NCBI GenBank assembly: GCA_018677555.1
Contig: JAHHOT010000072.1
Location: 4,737-68,736 of the forward strand
Direction: 5' to 3'
DNA: 64,000 nt
Source of the DNA: Gammaproteobacteria bacterium
GTDB taxonomy: Bacteria > Pseudomonadota > Gammaproteobacteria > Steroidobacterales > Woeseiaceae
Shown piece by piece: positions 10,399-18,138 of this stretch. Position numbers and translations under genes: made by a program. The notes beneath the pieces were generated by a model. It did not search any database. It had not been told where the DNA came from and saw only the letters and a program-made list of their open reading frames with translations. Within the stretch, counting starts at the first letter, position 1; every line of letters starts with the position of its first letter.

Positions 10399-10450
10399 TG
10401 GCCGGGCGCACTGTCAATTCAGGTGCCTACCTGGCGCAGGCCCGTGCCTG
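10390..10450. repeat. three consecutive short hairpins at or after the transposase stop
   Basis: CCGGCC-tgat-GGCCGG (10390-10405, spans the TGA stop), CAGGT-gcct-ACCTG (10420-10433) and CAGGC-ccgt-GCCTG (10437-10450). The last two contain the GTGCCT core that recurs in the downstream array. Confidence 0.5.
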
Positions 10451-10527
10451 GGCAAAACACCACTAACGATCCTCGACCGAGGTTAGCGGATTGAACGGGT
10501 TGTATGAAATCACGCACCGCTGCGTTT

Positions 10528-10715
10528 ATGTGTGCCTGTCCTAACACTACTCTCTAACACTACTCTGTGCCTGTCCACCAACGACCGTCCACCAACGACC
10601 CCTACACCAACCACTATGCCTGTCCACCAACTCCACCAACTACCACGCCAACGACCACCACGACCAATGTGCCTGTCCACCAACTACTACCATGTGCCTG
10701 TCCACCAACTACCGC
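10528..10715. repeat. strand-asymmetric CA-rich degenerate direct-repeat array (core TGTGCCTGTCC[ACCAAC])
   Basis: Core copies start at 10531, 10566, 10615 (TATGCC variant), 10668 and 10693, with spacings of 35, 49, 53 and 25 nt. There is a perfect 13-nt tandem duplication, ctaacactactct x2, at 10541-10566. Spacers are ACCAAC/CCACCA-type low complexity, and G is almost absent outside the core. The last copy ends 2 nt before the otsA stop (cta 10715-10717). Confidence 0.8.
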
Positions 10716-12103
10716 TAGCGCCGGTTGCGCAGCGCGCGCACGAAGCGACGACGCCAGGCCGTGATGTCGTTCTTTCTGAGGGTCTCCATCAGCACCGCGT
10801 GCCTGTCCTTCCTCTCGCTCAGCGGCATGTTCATGGCCATCGCAATGCCGTCCGCGATGTCGTCGCGGTCATAGGGATTGACGAGCAACGACTCCTGTAA
10901 CTCACAGGCAGCGCCGGCAAGGGTGGACAGCACCAGAACGCCCGGGTCGTCCGGGTCCTGCGCGACGACGAATTCTTTCGCAACGAGGTTCATGCCATCC
11001 CGGACCGGCGTTACCAGACCGACCGACGCGTGCCGGAACATCGCCATCAGCGGCTTGCGACTGACGCCCTTGTTGAGATAGCGAATGGGCACCCAGTCCG
11101 CTTGCGAGAAACGACCGTTAATGCGCCCGGAGGTCTGCTCGAGCTCCGAGCGAATTTCGTCGTAGGTGCGCACACCGGATCGCGTCGTCGGCGCGATCTG
11201 CAAATAAGTGACCGCGCGCCCGAAGTTCGGGTACTTCTCGAGCAGCCGCTCGAAGCCGAGCATGCGTTCCTGGAGTCCTTTGCTGTAGTCCAGCCGGTCG
11301 ACGCCGATGATCAGGTCCTTGCCGCCAAGGCTGCTGATCAGGCCACGAACGCTCTTCGAACTCTGGCCGGCGTCAGCCAGCTGCTGGATGCCGTCCACAT
11401 CGACGCCGATAGGAAATACGTCAGCAACGAAACTGCCGCCCTCCACGTCTACGATGTTGTCGTCACGGAATTCGGCGCCGACGATCGGCTCGCGTATGCA
11501 GGTTTCGAACGCCGCAAGGTCGCGTGACGTATGGAACCCGACAACGTCGTAGGCACACATCGATCGCAGCAGGTATTCGTGCCCGGGAACCGCCCGGAAC
11601 GCCTCGTAGCTGGGGAACGGCACGTGCAGAAAAAAGCCGATGGGACAGTCCACGCCCGCGCTGCGCAGTTCCGCGGCGAGCGGAATGAGATGATAGTCGT
11701 GCACCCAGATGACGTCGTTTGGCTGCAGCAACGGCACCAGCTTTCGCGCGAAAAGCGAATTGACACGTCGATACGCCTCGAAATCTGCTGCGTTGTACTC
11801 GACAAACCCGAGAAGATAGTGGCAGACGGGCCACAAGACCTTATTGCTGTAACCGTTGTAGTACTGTTCGAAATCGTCTTCGTTCAGCGCGAACGTCGCG
11901 AAGTCGATCTTGCCGCGCGTTTCCACCTCGACTTCGGATGACTCCGCCTGCGTGGTCTGGCCATTCCAGCCGAACCACATACCGCCCTCTTCTTCCAGCG
12001 CTGCCAGGATACCGACCGCCAGGCCGCCGGCGGAAGCGCCGTCTTTACGTGGCTTTGCCACGCGATTGGAAACCGTGACGAGCCGCGCTGAATTACCTGT
12101 CAT
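10715..12103 (-). CDS. otsA: alpha,alpha-trehalose-phosphate synthase (GT20)
   Basis: ORF 10715..12208. I prefer ATG 12103 (MTGNSARLVTVSNRV..., GGAG upstream). GT20/OtsA-type sequence throughout (LVTVSNR, WVHDYHL, GFFLHVPFP, LGVDRLDYSKG, VTPVRDGMNLVAKE). Confidence 0.9.
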   Translation of the reverse strand: MTGNSARLVTVSNRVAKPRKDGASAGGLAVGILAALEEEGGMWFGWNGQTTQAESSEVEVETRGKIDFATFALNEDDFEQYYNGYSNKVLWPVCHYLLGFVEYNAADFEAYRRVNSLFARKLVPLLQPNDVIWVHDYHLIPLAAELRSAGVDCPIGFFLHVPFPSYEAFRAVPGHEYLLRSMCAYDVVGFHTSRDLAAFETCIREPIVGAEFRDDNIVDVEGGSFVADVFPIGVDVDGIQQLADAGQSSKSVRGLISSLGGKDLIIGVDRLDYSKGLQERMLGFERLLEKYPNFGRAVTYLQIAPTTRSGVRTYDEIRSELEQTSGRINGRFSQADWVPIRYLNKGVSRKPLMAMFRHASVGLVTPVRDGMNLVAKEFVVAQDPDDPGVLVLSTLAGAACELQESLLVNPYDRDDIADGIAMAMNMPLSERKDRHAVLMETLRKNDITAWRRRFVRALRNRR

Positions 12104-12120
12104 TCGTGTTACTCCGTTGC

Positions 12121-13908
12121 TCAGAGAGCCTCGTGCCAGGATTTGCTGAGCCGCACGGCCGCATTGATGATGCCCGCCATGCTGTAGGTCTGAGGAAAAT
12201 TGCCCCACAAAGCGCCGGTTTTCGGATCGATGTCTTCAGACATCAGGCCCAACGGGTTGCGGCAGGACAGGATGTGTTCGAACAATTCGCGGGCCTCGTC
12301 GACCCGGCCAATGTTTGCGAGCGCGTCGATATACCAGAAGGTGCAGATATTGAATGCGTTTTCGGGCTCGCCAAAATCGTCCGCCGCGGCGTAGCGAAAC
12401 ATGTGTTTGCCGCGCAGTAGCTGGCGGCCGATGCTGTCGACCGTCGACACGAAGCGAGGGTCGTCACCGGCGATGAAACCGAGATGGCACATGGTCAGCA
12501 GGCTGGCGTCCATTTCCGGGCGACCGAAGCTCTCGGTAAAAGACTTCTGATCATCGTCCCAGGCACGCTCGAGAATAACGTCCTTGATTTTCTGCGCAGT
12601 CACTCGCCAATAACGTGCACGCTCACTCGCCCCGACATGTGCGGCGATTTTCGACAGGCGGTCGCAGGCTGCCCAGCACATCACGCTCGAAAAGGTGTGC
12701 ACGCGCTGACGACCGCGATACTCCCACAGACCCGCGTCGGGCTGGTCGAATTTTTGCGCGGCCAGCGTACCGAGACCTTCGAGTAACTTGAAATCGGTCG
12801 ATCGGCCTGCGTTGATCAGGCGGCTGTCGAAGAAATTCTGTGTCGCCGACAGGATGACCGAACCATAGACATCGTGCTGGGTTTGCAGATACGCCTCGTT
12901 GCCGCGGCGCACCGGGCCCATGCTTTTGTAGCCGGCGAGCGAGTCGACAGATTCCTCGGTCAGCCCGGATCGCGCGCTTATGCCGTAAAGGGGACGCAGG
13001 TCACCACCGCCGGCTTCGGCGACAATATTGATAATGTAACGAAGATACCCCTCCATCGTCTTGGTCGCGCCGAGGCGATTCAGCGCCTGTACGACGAAGT
13101 AGCTGTCGCGCAGCCAGCAAAAACGATAGTCCCAGTTGCGGCCGCTGTCGGCCGACTCGGGTATCGATGTTGTCAGCGCTGCCACCACCGCGCCGGTGTC
13201 CTCGAACGTACACAGCTTTAGCGTGATGGCGGCCCGGATGACAGCCTGCTGCCACTCGAACGGTATCGACAAGCCGCGTGACCATGACTGCCAGTACGCC
13301 TGCGTGGAACGGAAGTGGCTGTGAAAGCTGTCCCCGGCGGATTCGCGGACGGTCTCGTCGGGCCCGAGTATGAAGTAGACCGGCTGGTCCAGCACGAATG
13401 CGGACTCGTCCAGTACATGTGTGACGGCGGCATTCGTTGTCAATCTCGCCGTGGTGTCGGCACCGATGTATCGAATGTGATTACTGCCGTAGGTTACGTC
13501 ACACGCGGCGGCGCCGTAATTCTTTGCCGGCCGCAGCTTTACACGGATTCTCGGTGTGCCGGCGAGCGCTTCGACGCGGCGCAGCAGCATCATCGGCGTG
13601 AATGTCCGGCCGACGTACTCGTAGCGTGGCGCGAGATCGGTTATTCGCACCACACCGCCATCGACGTCGTACAAAGTCGTTTCGAGAATCGCCGTATTTG
13701 TCAGGTAACGTTGCTCGCTGCGGTCGGCATCGATGACTTCGACCTCGAAGAAACCAGGCGACTCGTCATCGTCGTCTGCCCGCAGCAGGCGACAGAACAC
13801 GGGATCTGAATCGAATTGCGGCATGCAGCTCCAGACATGCACCGCTTGCTTGTCCACGAGTGAGGCAATGCGGCCATTGCCGATAAGACCCAGATTCAGA
13901 TTGCTCAA
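12121..13908 (-). CDS. glycoside hydrolase family 15 (glucoamylase/trehalase-like)
   Basis: ORF 12121..13971. The GH15-typical N-terminus is LSNLNLGLIGNGRIASLV. The probable start is TTG at 13908-13906, with GGGAGAA 5 nt upstream. (alpha/alpha)6-barrel-type motifs are present (NWDYRFCWLRDS, GLWEYRG). The stop lies 17 nt upstream of the otsA start. Confidence 0.85.
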   Translation of the reverse strand: MSNLNLGLIGNGRIASLVDKQAVHVWSCMPQFDSDPVFCRLLRADDDDESPGFFEVEVIDADRSEQRYLTNTAILETTLYDVDGGVVRITDLAPRYEYVGRTFTPMMLLRRVEALAGTPRIRVKLRPAKNYGAAACDVTYGSNHIRYIGADTTARLTTNAAVTHVLDESAFVLDQPVYFILGPDETVRESAGDSFHSHFRSTQAYWQSWSRGLSIPFEWQQAVIRAAITLKLCTFEDTGAVVAALTTSIPESADSGRNWDYRFCWLRDSYFVVQALNRLGATKTMEGYLRYIINIVAEAGGGDLRPLYGISARSGLTEESVDSLAGYKSMGPVRRGNEAYLQTQHDVYGSVILSATQNFFDSRLINAGRSTDFKLLEGLGTLAAQKFDQPDAGLWEYRGRQRVHTFSSVMCWAACDRLSKIAAHVGASERARYWRVTAQKIKDVILERAWDDDQKSFTESFGRPEMDASLLTMCHLGFIAGDDPRFVSTVDSIGRQLLRGKHMFRYAAADDFGEPENAFNICTFWYIDALANIGRVDEARELFEHILSCRNPLGLMSEDIDPKTGALWGNFPQTYSMAGIINAAVRLSKSWHEAL

Positions 13909-14221
13909 GCGGTTTCTCCCGTGTCCGGTAAATCTAACCGTTGCCGAAACTTGGCAGCCAGTGGCGGGCACCCTCCATAAACGCCGGTAACGACGTTGCC
14001 GAGCTCGCCTGCTGCGCGTGCCAGCGTCATTCTACCTTCGATTATTCTCCAGGTGTCCACCCGTTCTGTTGCACGGTACTCATCGACCAACCGCAAACCG
14101 ATTGGTATCGTGCGCGACTATTGACACCGCGCACATATACCGAACAATGACCGGGTCTGTGCCGTATCGCGGAATCACCGGCCACGCACGCATTAAATAA
14201 ATCCTTACTCCGGGGGACCTG

Positions 14222-16444
14222 ATGAGATTTCTCATTCTTCTTGTATGCCTGCTGAGCGTTGTCGCGTCGGCGGATCATGGCGATATCGTCGGCTTCGACG
14301 CCGCTGGCAGCGCCACGCAGCGCGATATCGAGGCAATGCTCGACGCGTCGATTGACCCACGGGAAATGGACGGCTGGCTGCGCACAATGTCGGCCAAACC
14401 GCATCACGTGGGCTCACCCGGCAGCCGCGAAAATGCCGAGTACATTGCCGGGCTGCTGGACTCCTGGGGGTTCGACACCGAGATCGTCGAGTACGAGGTG
14501 CTGCTGCCGACGCCGCGCGTGCGGGAGGTCGAACTGGTCGCGCCGCAGCGATATTCCGCCGGGTTGAGGGAGGACTCGCTTGACCAGGATCCCAGCACGT
14601 CGGTTCGCGACGACTTGTTGCCGCCGTACAACGCGTTCTCGATCGACGGCAACGTAGAGGGCGAGCTCGTGTTCGTCAATTACGGGATTCCGGAAGACTA
14701 CGAAATCCTGGAGCGTCATGGCATCGACGTTTCCGGCAAGATTGCCATTGCCAGGTACGGCAAGTCCTGGCGCGGCATCAAGCCCAAGCTCGCGGGCGAA
14801 AAAGGAGCGATCGGCACGATCATCTATTCCGACCCTGCGGACGACGGCTACGGCGCGGGCGACGTTTACCCGGACGGCCCGTTCAAGCACGAAAGCGGCG
14901 TACAGCGCGGCTCCGTGATGGACATGCCGACCTACCCGGGCGACGTGCTCACGCCGGCGCGTGGCGCAACGAAAAACGCGAAACGCCTGCGCCGCGAGAA
15001 TGCGCCGACAATTACGCGCATTCCGGTATTGCCGATCTCGTGGCGCGACGCACTGCCGCTCCTGTCAGCAATGGGCGGGGAGGTCGTGCCGGAAGAATGG
15101 CGCGGCGACCTGCCGATCACCTACCACCTGGGCCCCGGTCCTGCCCGCGTGCGTCTCAGGGCCGAATTCGACTGGAACATGGTCACCGCCTACAACGTTA
15201 TCGCCCGCCTGGAAGGCGCTGAGTATCCGGACGAATGGGTCATTCGCGGCAATCACCACGATGGCTGGAACCACGGCGCCGCGGATCCGATTTCGGGACA
15301 GGTCGCCATGCTCGCGGAGGCCAAAGCAGTTGCCATGCTGGCACGCGAGGGGCATGCGCCCGGGCGGACTATTATTTATGCCGCGTGGGACGCGGAAGAG
15401 CCCGGCTTGATCGGCTCGACCGAGTGGGCCGAGCATCACGCCGACGAGCTCCGGAAAAAGGCGGTCGCCTATTTGAACACCGACGGCACCAGTCGCGGTT
15501 TCGTCAACATTGGCGGTAGTCACACGCTCGAGCGCTTTCTCAACCAGATCATCGAAGAAGTCGACGACCCGCGAAGCGAAATTTCGCTGAAAGAACGGGC
15601 GCGAGCGCGGCAACTCGTTTTTGCCGACGACGATAAAGAAAAAGCCGAAGCCAGGGAGCGCAGTGACCTGCGTATTTATCCAATGGGATCCGGCTCCGAT
15701 TACACGCCGTTCCTGCAACACCTCGGCATCGCGTCGGTCAACTTCTCGTTCGGCGGTGAAGGCGATGGCGGCAGTTATCACACGCTCTACGACACCTACG
15801 AGCACTTCACGCGCTGGCGCGACCCGGACCTGCTCTACACCGCAACGTTGCCAAAGGTCGCTGGCCGGGCAACGCTGCGGCTCGCGAACGCGCCCAGGCT
15901 GCCATTCGATTTCACGGCCTTTGCCGACAATGTCGCGATGTATATCAGTGAACTCGAGGAGCTCGCGAAAAAGATGCGCGAGGAAACGGAACATGACAAC
16001 GCGTTGATAGCGGATGGCACTTTCGCCGCCGCGCTCAATCCGTATCGCTCACTGGGCCCGCCTCCTATGAAAGACCCGGTGCCGCATTTCAATTTTGCGC
16101 CGCTGAAGAACTCGCTCGACCGATTGCAGACGAGTGCGGCGGAGCTGGCGAAGGCCGCGTCAGGCAATGACGCTACGTCCCGCGAGATCAACCGGTTGCT
16201 CTACACCTCTGAAAGGCTCATGACGAGGGATGAAGGGCTCACCGGCCGGCCATGGTACAAACACCACATCTACGCCCCGGGTTTTTATACCGGGTACGGC
16301 GTCAAGACGATTCCGGGGGTACGCGAAGCGATAGAGCAGCGGGACTACGAAACGGTTGAGCAACAGATAGCGGTCGCAGCCAGCGTTCTGGATGGCATCA
16401 GTCAGCGAATCGAGCGAATAACGCTGGCTGTTGCAAATAGATAG
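14222..16444 (+). CDS. M28 family zinc peptidase, glutamate carboxypeptidase II (PSMA/NAALADase)-like, with PA and TfR-dimerisation-like domains
   Basis: Signal peptide MRFLILLVCLLSVVASA. Co-catalytic zinc ligand blocks are colinear with GCPII (RGNHHDGWNHGAADPISG, AWDAEEPGLIGSTEW, LNTDG, GSGSDYTPFLQHLGIAS, GGSYHTLYDTYEH). C-terminal helical domain present. Confidence 0.85.
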   Translation: MRFLILLVCLLSVVASADHGDIVGFDAAGSATQRDIEAMLDASIDPREMDGWLRTMSAKPHHVGSPGSRENAEYIAGLLDSWGFDTEIVEYEVLLPTPRVREVELVAPQRYSAGLREDSLDQDPSTSVRDDLLPPYNAFSIDGNVEGELVFVNYGIPEDYEILERHGIDVSGKIAIARYGKSWRGIKPKLAGEKGAIGTIIYSDPADDGYGAGDVYPDGPFKHESGVQRGSVMDMPTYPGDVLTPARGATKNAKRLRRENAPTITRIPVLPISWRDALPLLSAMGGEVVPEEWRGDLPITYHLGPGPARVRLRAEFDWNMVTAYNVIARLEGAEYPDEWVIRGNHHDGWNHGAADPISGQVAMLAEAKAVAMLAREGHAPGRTIIYAAWDAEEPGLIGSTEWAEHHADELRKKAVAYLNTDGTSRGFVNIGGSHTLERFLNQIIEEVDDPRSEISLKERARARQLVFADDDKEKAEARERSDLRIYPMGSGSDYTPFLQHLGIASVNFSFGGEGDGGSYHTLYDTYEHFTRWRDPDLLYTATLPKVAGRATLRLANAPRLPFDFTAFADNVAMYISELEELAKKMREETEHDNALIADGTFAAALNPYRSLGPPPMKDPVPHFNFAPLKNSLDRLQTSAAELAKAASGNDATSREINRLLYTSERLMTRDEGLTGRPWYKHHIYAPGFYTGYGVKTIPGVREAIEQRDYETVEQQIAVAASVLDGISQRIERITLAVANR

Positions 16445-16460
16445 GCGCGACCAATTCGCG

Positions 16461-17429
16461 ATGCCGGACATTCCGCTCGTAGACCTGTCGCTTGCCGGGG
16501 GCCCGCGCAGAGATACCGTAATCGGGCAGATCGATGCGGCCTTTCGCGAAATCGGCTTCGTGTACCTCAGCGAGCATGGCATTCCTGCGCACACCGTAGA
16601 ATCGATACGCGCGGCGGTGATTGCCTACTTCGACCGAAGCACATCTGAAAAGGGCCGCGATCGCATCACGCGTGATAATTACCGGGGCTACATACCAACC
16701 GGTTTCTTCACCGCCAATTCCGGTGGCGGCGATGCCGACAATTACGAAGGCTACAAGCTGCACCTGGAGACAGATCCACGGGATCCGATCGTCGCAGAGT
16801 GCGATCTGTATGGCCCGAACAGGTGGCCCGCAGCGCCGAAACGCTTCCGCGAGGCAGTCATGAATTACTGGCTCGCCTGCGACCGCGTCGCGGACACGCT
16901 GCTCGAAATCGCTGCGACCATTCTCGGCATCGATCGAAAATGGTTTCTCGACTTGTTCGAAAAGCCAATGACGAACATGACCCTGCTGCACTACCCGCCC
17001 GCCGATTCGAGGCTGAACTCCTGTGGCATACACCCGCACAAGGATACGGATGCATTCACCATACTCGCGGGGGACAACGTCAGCGGCCTGATGGTGCGCC
17101 GCCGCGGCGGTGACCAGTGGATCGAGGCACGGCCGCCGGCAGGCTCGCTCGTCGTGAACCTTGGCGATCTGCTGGAGCTCTGGTCCGGCGGCTACTTCGT
17201 GTCGACGCCGCACAAGGTCGTCGACATCAGCGGCAAAGATCGCTACAGCTTTCCGTATTTCCTTGTGCCGCGTTTCGACACCATAGTCGAGCCACTGCGA
17301 AAACCGGTCGACGGTTTCAACCGCGCCCCGGTGCATGTGGGCGACGTTTCGCGTGAGGTCTGGCGTACCAATTGGCCGGATGCGGAACAGAAAGACGGCA
17401 GTTACGACCTGGGCACGTTGCATGACTGA
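16461..17429 (+). CDS. 2OG-Fe(II) oxygenase (isopenicillin N synthase-like family)
   Basis: ORF 16431..17429; I prefer ATG 16461 (MPDIPLVDLS, typical N-terminus). HxD...H facial triad (GIHPHKDTDAFTIL ... YFVSTPHKV) and RxS (DRYSFPYF). Confidence 0.85.
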   Translation: MPDIPLVDLSLAGGPRRDTVIGQIDAAFREIGFVYLSEHGIPAHTVESIRAAVIAYFDRSTSEKGRDRITRDNYRGYIPTGFFTANSGGGDADNYEGYKLHLETDPRDPIVAECDLYGPNRWPAAPKRFREAVMNYWLACDRVADTLLEIAATILGIDRKWFLDLFEKPMTNMTLLHYPPADSRLNSCGIHPHKDTDAFTILAGDNVSGLMVRRRGGDQWIEARPPAGSLVVNLGDLLELWSGGYFVSTPHKVVDISGKDRYSFPYFLVPRFDTIVEPLRKPVDGFNRAPVHVGDVSREVWRTNWPDAEQKDGSYDLGTLHD

Positions 17430-17564
17430 CCGGCGAAGCCGGTCCCGGATTGCCGTGTCGCCAGTCGTCGCCATGATCCGCTTCACAGGATTGACCGATC
17501 AGCCGTATCGCCACGGTGCCGCGCTGCGGATTCGGTTAAAATTACCAAAAACGGGGAAGCGGAC

Positions 17565-18095
17565 ATGCAATCAACGAATCTTCTGCCGGCAGGCGCCTTA
17601 TGTCTCTGCAGCTTGTTTGGCGCGACAACGACTCTCGGCGCCGAGCCGCGCACGGAACACACATACACGGTTGCCGACGGCGAACAACGGCCGGCCGCCA
17701 CACTGGCGGACGCACACTGGCTTGTCGGCTCCTGGACCGGGACGGCGTTCGGGCAGCGTTTCGAAGAAGTCTGGAACGCACCGTCGGCCGGTTCGATGGT
17801 TGGGATGTTCAAACTTTTCGACGGTGACGAGGTTTCTTTCTACGAGATTCTTTTGCTGACCGTCGAGGACGGCACGCTTAGCCTGAAAGTGAAACACTTC
17901 AATCCCGATTTCAGTGCCTGGGAGGACAAGGCGGACTACGTCAACTTCAGGCTGGCCAAACTCGAGGACGACGCCCTGCACTTTTCCGGCATAAGTTTTT
18001 ACCGGCGCGACGATGATCGTATCGATGGCTATATCGTCATGCGTAATGGTGAAGATATCACCGAGCACAAGCTGACCTATGAGCGCCAGCATTAA
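17565..18095 (+). CDS. secreted protein of unknown function (tentatively DUF6265-like)
   Basis: Signal peptide MQSTNLLPAGALCLCSLFGATTTLGA. The WLVGSW...FEEVW...MVGMF pattern is what I associate with that DUF. There is no functional motif. Confidence 0.55.
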   Translation: MQSTNLLPAGALCLCSLFGATTTLGAEPRTEHTYTVADGEQRPAATLADAHWLVGSWTGTAFGQRFEEVWNAPSAGSMVGMFKLFDGDEVSFYEILLLTVEDGTLSLKVKHFNPDFSAWEDKADYVNFRLAKLEDDALHFSGISFYRRDDDRIDGYIVMRNGEDITEHKLTYERQH

Positions 18096-18138
18096 TAATG
18101 CTCTGCGCAGCTCATTTGTGGGCTAGCGGCGTTTCAGA

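Noticed and set aside
10528-10715. Possible CRISPR array (regularly recurring TGTGCCTGTCC core)
   Set aside because: The core is only 11-21 bp and the spacings are irregular (25-53 nt). The spacers are low-complexity ACCAAC-type sequence rather than unique protospacers, and there are no cas genes or leader in the window.
10532-10900. ORF-track proteins 10532..10900 and 10567..10764 (Pro/Thr-rich) as real genes
   Set aside because: They are translations of the CA-rich repeat array and run antisense into the 3' end of otsA. They have no RBS and no protein-like composition.
16398-17486. 362-aa minus-strand ORF antisense to the 2OG oxygenase
   Set aside because: It is a mirror ORF typical of high-GC DNA, with an Arg/Ala/Val-rich composition and no motifs. 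The + strand frame has a clear HxD...H/RxS oxygenase signature.
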